Origin: Streptacidiphilus anmyonensis
Lineage (GTDB): Bacteria; Actinomycetota; Actinomycetes; Streptomycetales; Streptomycetaceae
Direction of reading: 5' to 3'
Length of the DNA stretch: 24,000 nt
Assembly (NCBI RefSeq): GCF_000787855.1
Contig: NZ_BBPQ01000012.1
Location: 86,383-110,382 of the forward strand
Position 1 is the first letter of the stretch, and each line of letters opens with the position of its first letter. The notes beneath the pieces are model-generated. The model was not told the DNA's origin, searched no databases, and saw only the letters and a program-made list of their open reading frames with translations. The position numbers and the translations under genes are program-made. Shown here in pieces: positions 23,307 to 24,000 of this stretch.

Positions 23307-24000
23307 GTGGACAACGCCGTGGACTACCAGGAACTGCTCGCCGCCTCGATGACCGCGGCCCTGCGCACCGCCGGGACCGGCCGGGTCGCCGACTACATCC
23401 CCGCGCTCGCACGCGAGGACGGGCACGCGTTCGGCATGGCCCTGGCCACCGTCGAGGGCGAGGTGTTCGGCGTCGGCGACTGGGGGCGGCCGTTCTCCAT
23501 CCAGAGCATCTCCAAGCTGCTCACGCTGATACTCGCCCTCGCCGAGGGCGGCGAGGCGGAGCTGTGGCCCCGCGTCGGCCGCGAGCCCTCGGGCAACCCG
23601 TTCAACTCGCTGATCCAGCTGGAGACCGAACACGGCATCCCGCGCAACCCGTTCATCAACGCGGGCGCGATCGTCGTCACCGACCGCCTGCACAGCCTGA
23701 CGGACGGCCACGCGGCGGACATGGTCCTCGACTTCCTGCGTGCGGAGTCCGGCAACCACTCGCTGCGGACCGACCCGGAGGTCGCCGCGTCCGAGGCCGA
23801 GCACGGTCACCGCAACGCGGCGCTCGCCCACTTCATCGCCAGCCACGGCAACCTGGTCAACGACGTCGACACGGTCCTGGCCGAGTACTACGCGCACTGC
23901 GCGATCGCCGCCTCCTGCGACGACCTCGCCCGCGCCGGTCTCGTGCTGGCCCGCCACGGCCTGCGCGCCGACGGCACACGGCTGCTCACCCGCAGCGAGG
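23307..24000 (+). CDS. glsA: Glutaminase A, N-terminal ~231 aa (runs off the window)
   Basis: It is not in the ORF track because no stop occurs before the window end. I translated it by hand from GTG 23307: VDNAVDYQELL...VADYIPALARED...FSIQSISKLLTLILAL...GNPFNSLIQLE...RNPFINAGAI, which are canonical glutaminase motifs. Confidence 0.85.
   Translation, partial: MDNAVDYQELLAASMTAALRTAGTGRVADYIPALAREDGHAFGMALATVEGEVFGVGDWGRPFSIQSISKLLTLILALAEGGEAELWPRVGREPSGNPFNSLIQLETEHGIPRNPFINAGAIVVTDRLHSLTDGHAADMVLDFLRAESGNHSLRTDPEVAASEAEHGHRNAALAHFIASHGNLVNDVDTVLAEYYAHCAIAASCDDLARAGLVLARHGLRADGTRLLTRSE

Overview
This is a high-GC (roughly 72%) actinobacterial chromosome segment, almost certainly Streptomyces judging by codon bias, GC3 and gene content. 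It is densely coding on both strands, with about 24 supported protein genes. I found no rRNA, tRNA, CRISPR array, transposase, integrase or phage genes. All product calls rest on motif recognition and on my memory of protein families, because no database search was possible.

Landmark genes:
- The bifunctional germacradienol/geosmin synthase geoA (10829-13078, minus strand), with both Mg-binding motif pairs intact.
- Glutamyl-tRNA synthetase gltX (15202-16611, minus strand).
- An NfeD-like/flotillin pair (3630-5120).
- An APC amino-acid permease, a thiolase with a divergent HxlR regulator, a trypsin-like secreted protease, a TauE/SafE exporter, an MFS transporter, a crotonase and a partial glutaminase.

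Most interesting non-routine content:
1. A complete ECF41-type sigma module (17712-19271). It comprises an AhpD-like CMD gene, a sigma factor with a fused SnoaL-like tail, and a GTCACA-N16-CGTC promoter. The sigma ORF has no canonical start codon and appears to start at a CTG overlapping the upstream stop (CTGA), 5 nt after an AAGGAG.
2. A divergent CGNR zinc-finger regulator / CMD + phosphotriesterase-family unit. Its 93-bp intergenic region carries four to five GTAACGG half-sites, and the regulator lies immediately upstream of geoA.
3. An uncharacterised protein (698-1510) built from two tandem copies of a roughly 100-aa domain ending in C-x9-C-x3-C-A-L-L-[FW].
4. A strong sigma70-type promoter with a 13-3-13 palindrome over the predicted start site of the MFS gene, and no regulator gene nearby.

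No element here can be proven to be a new system from sequence alone. The items above are the best candidates for follow-up.
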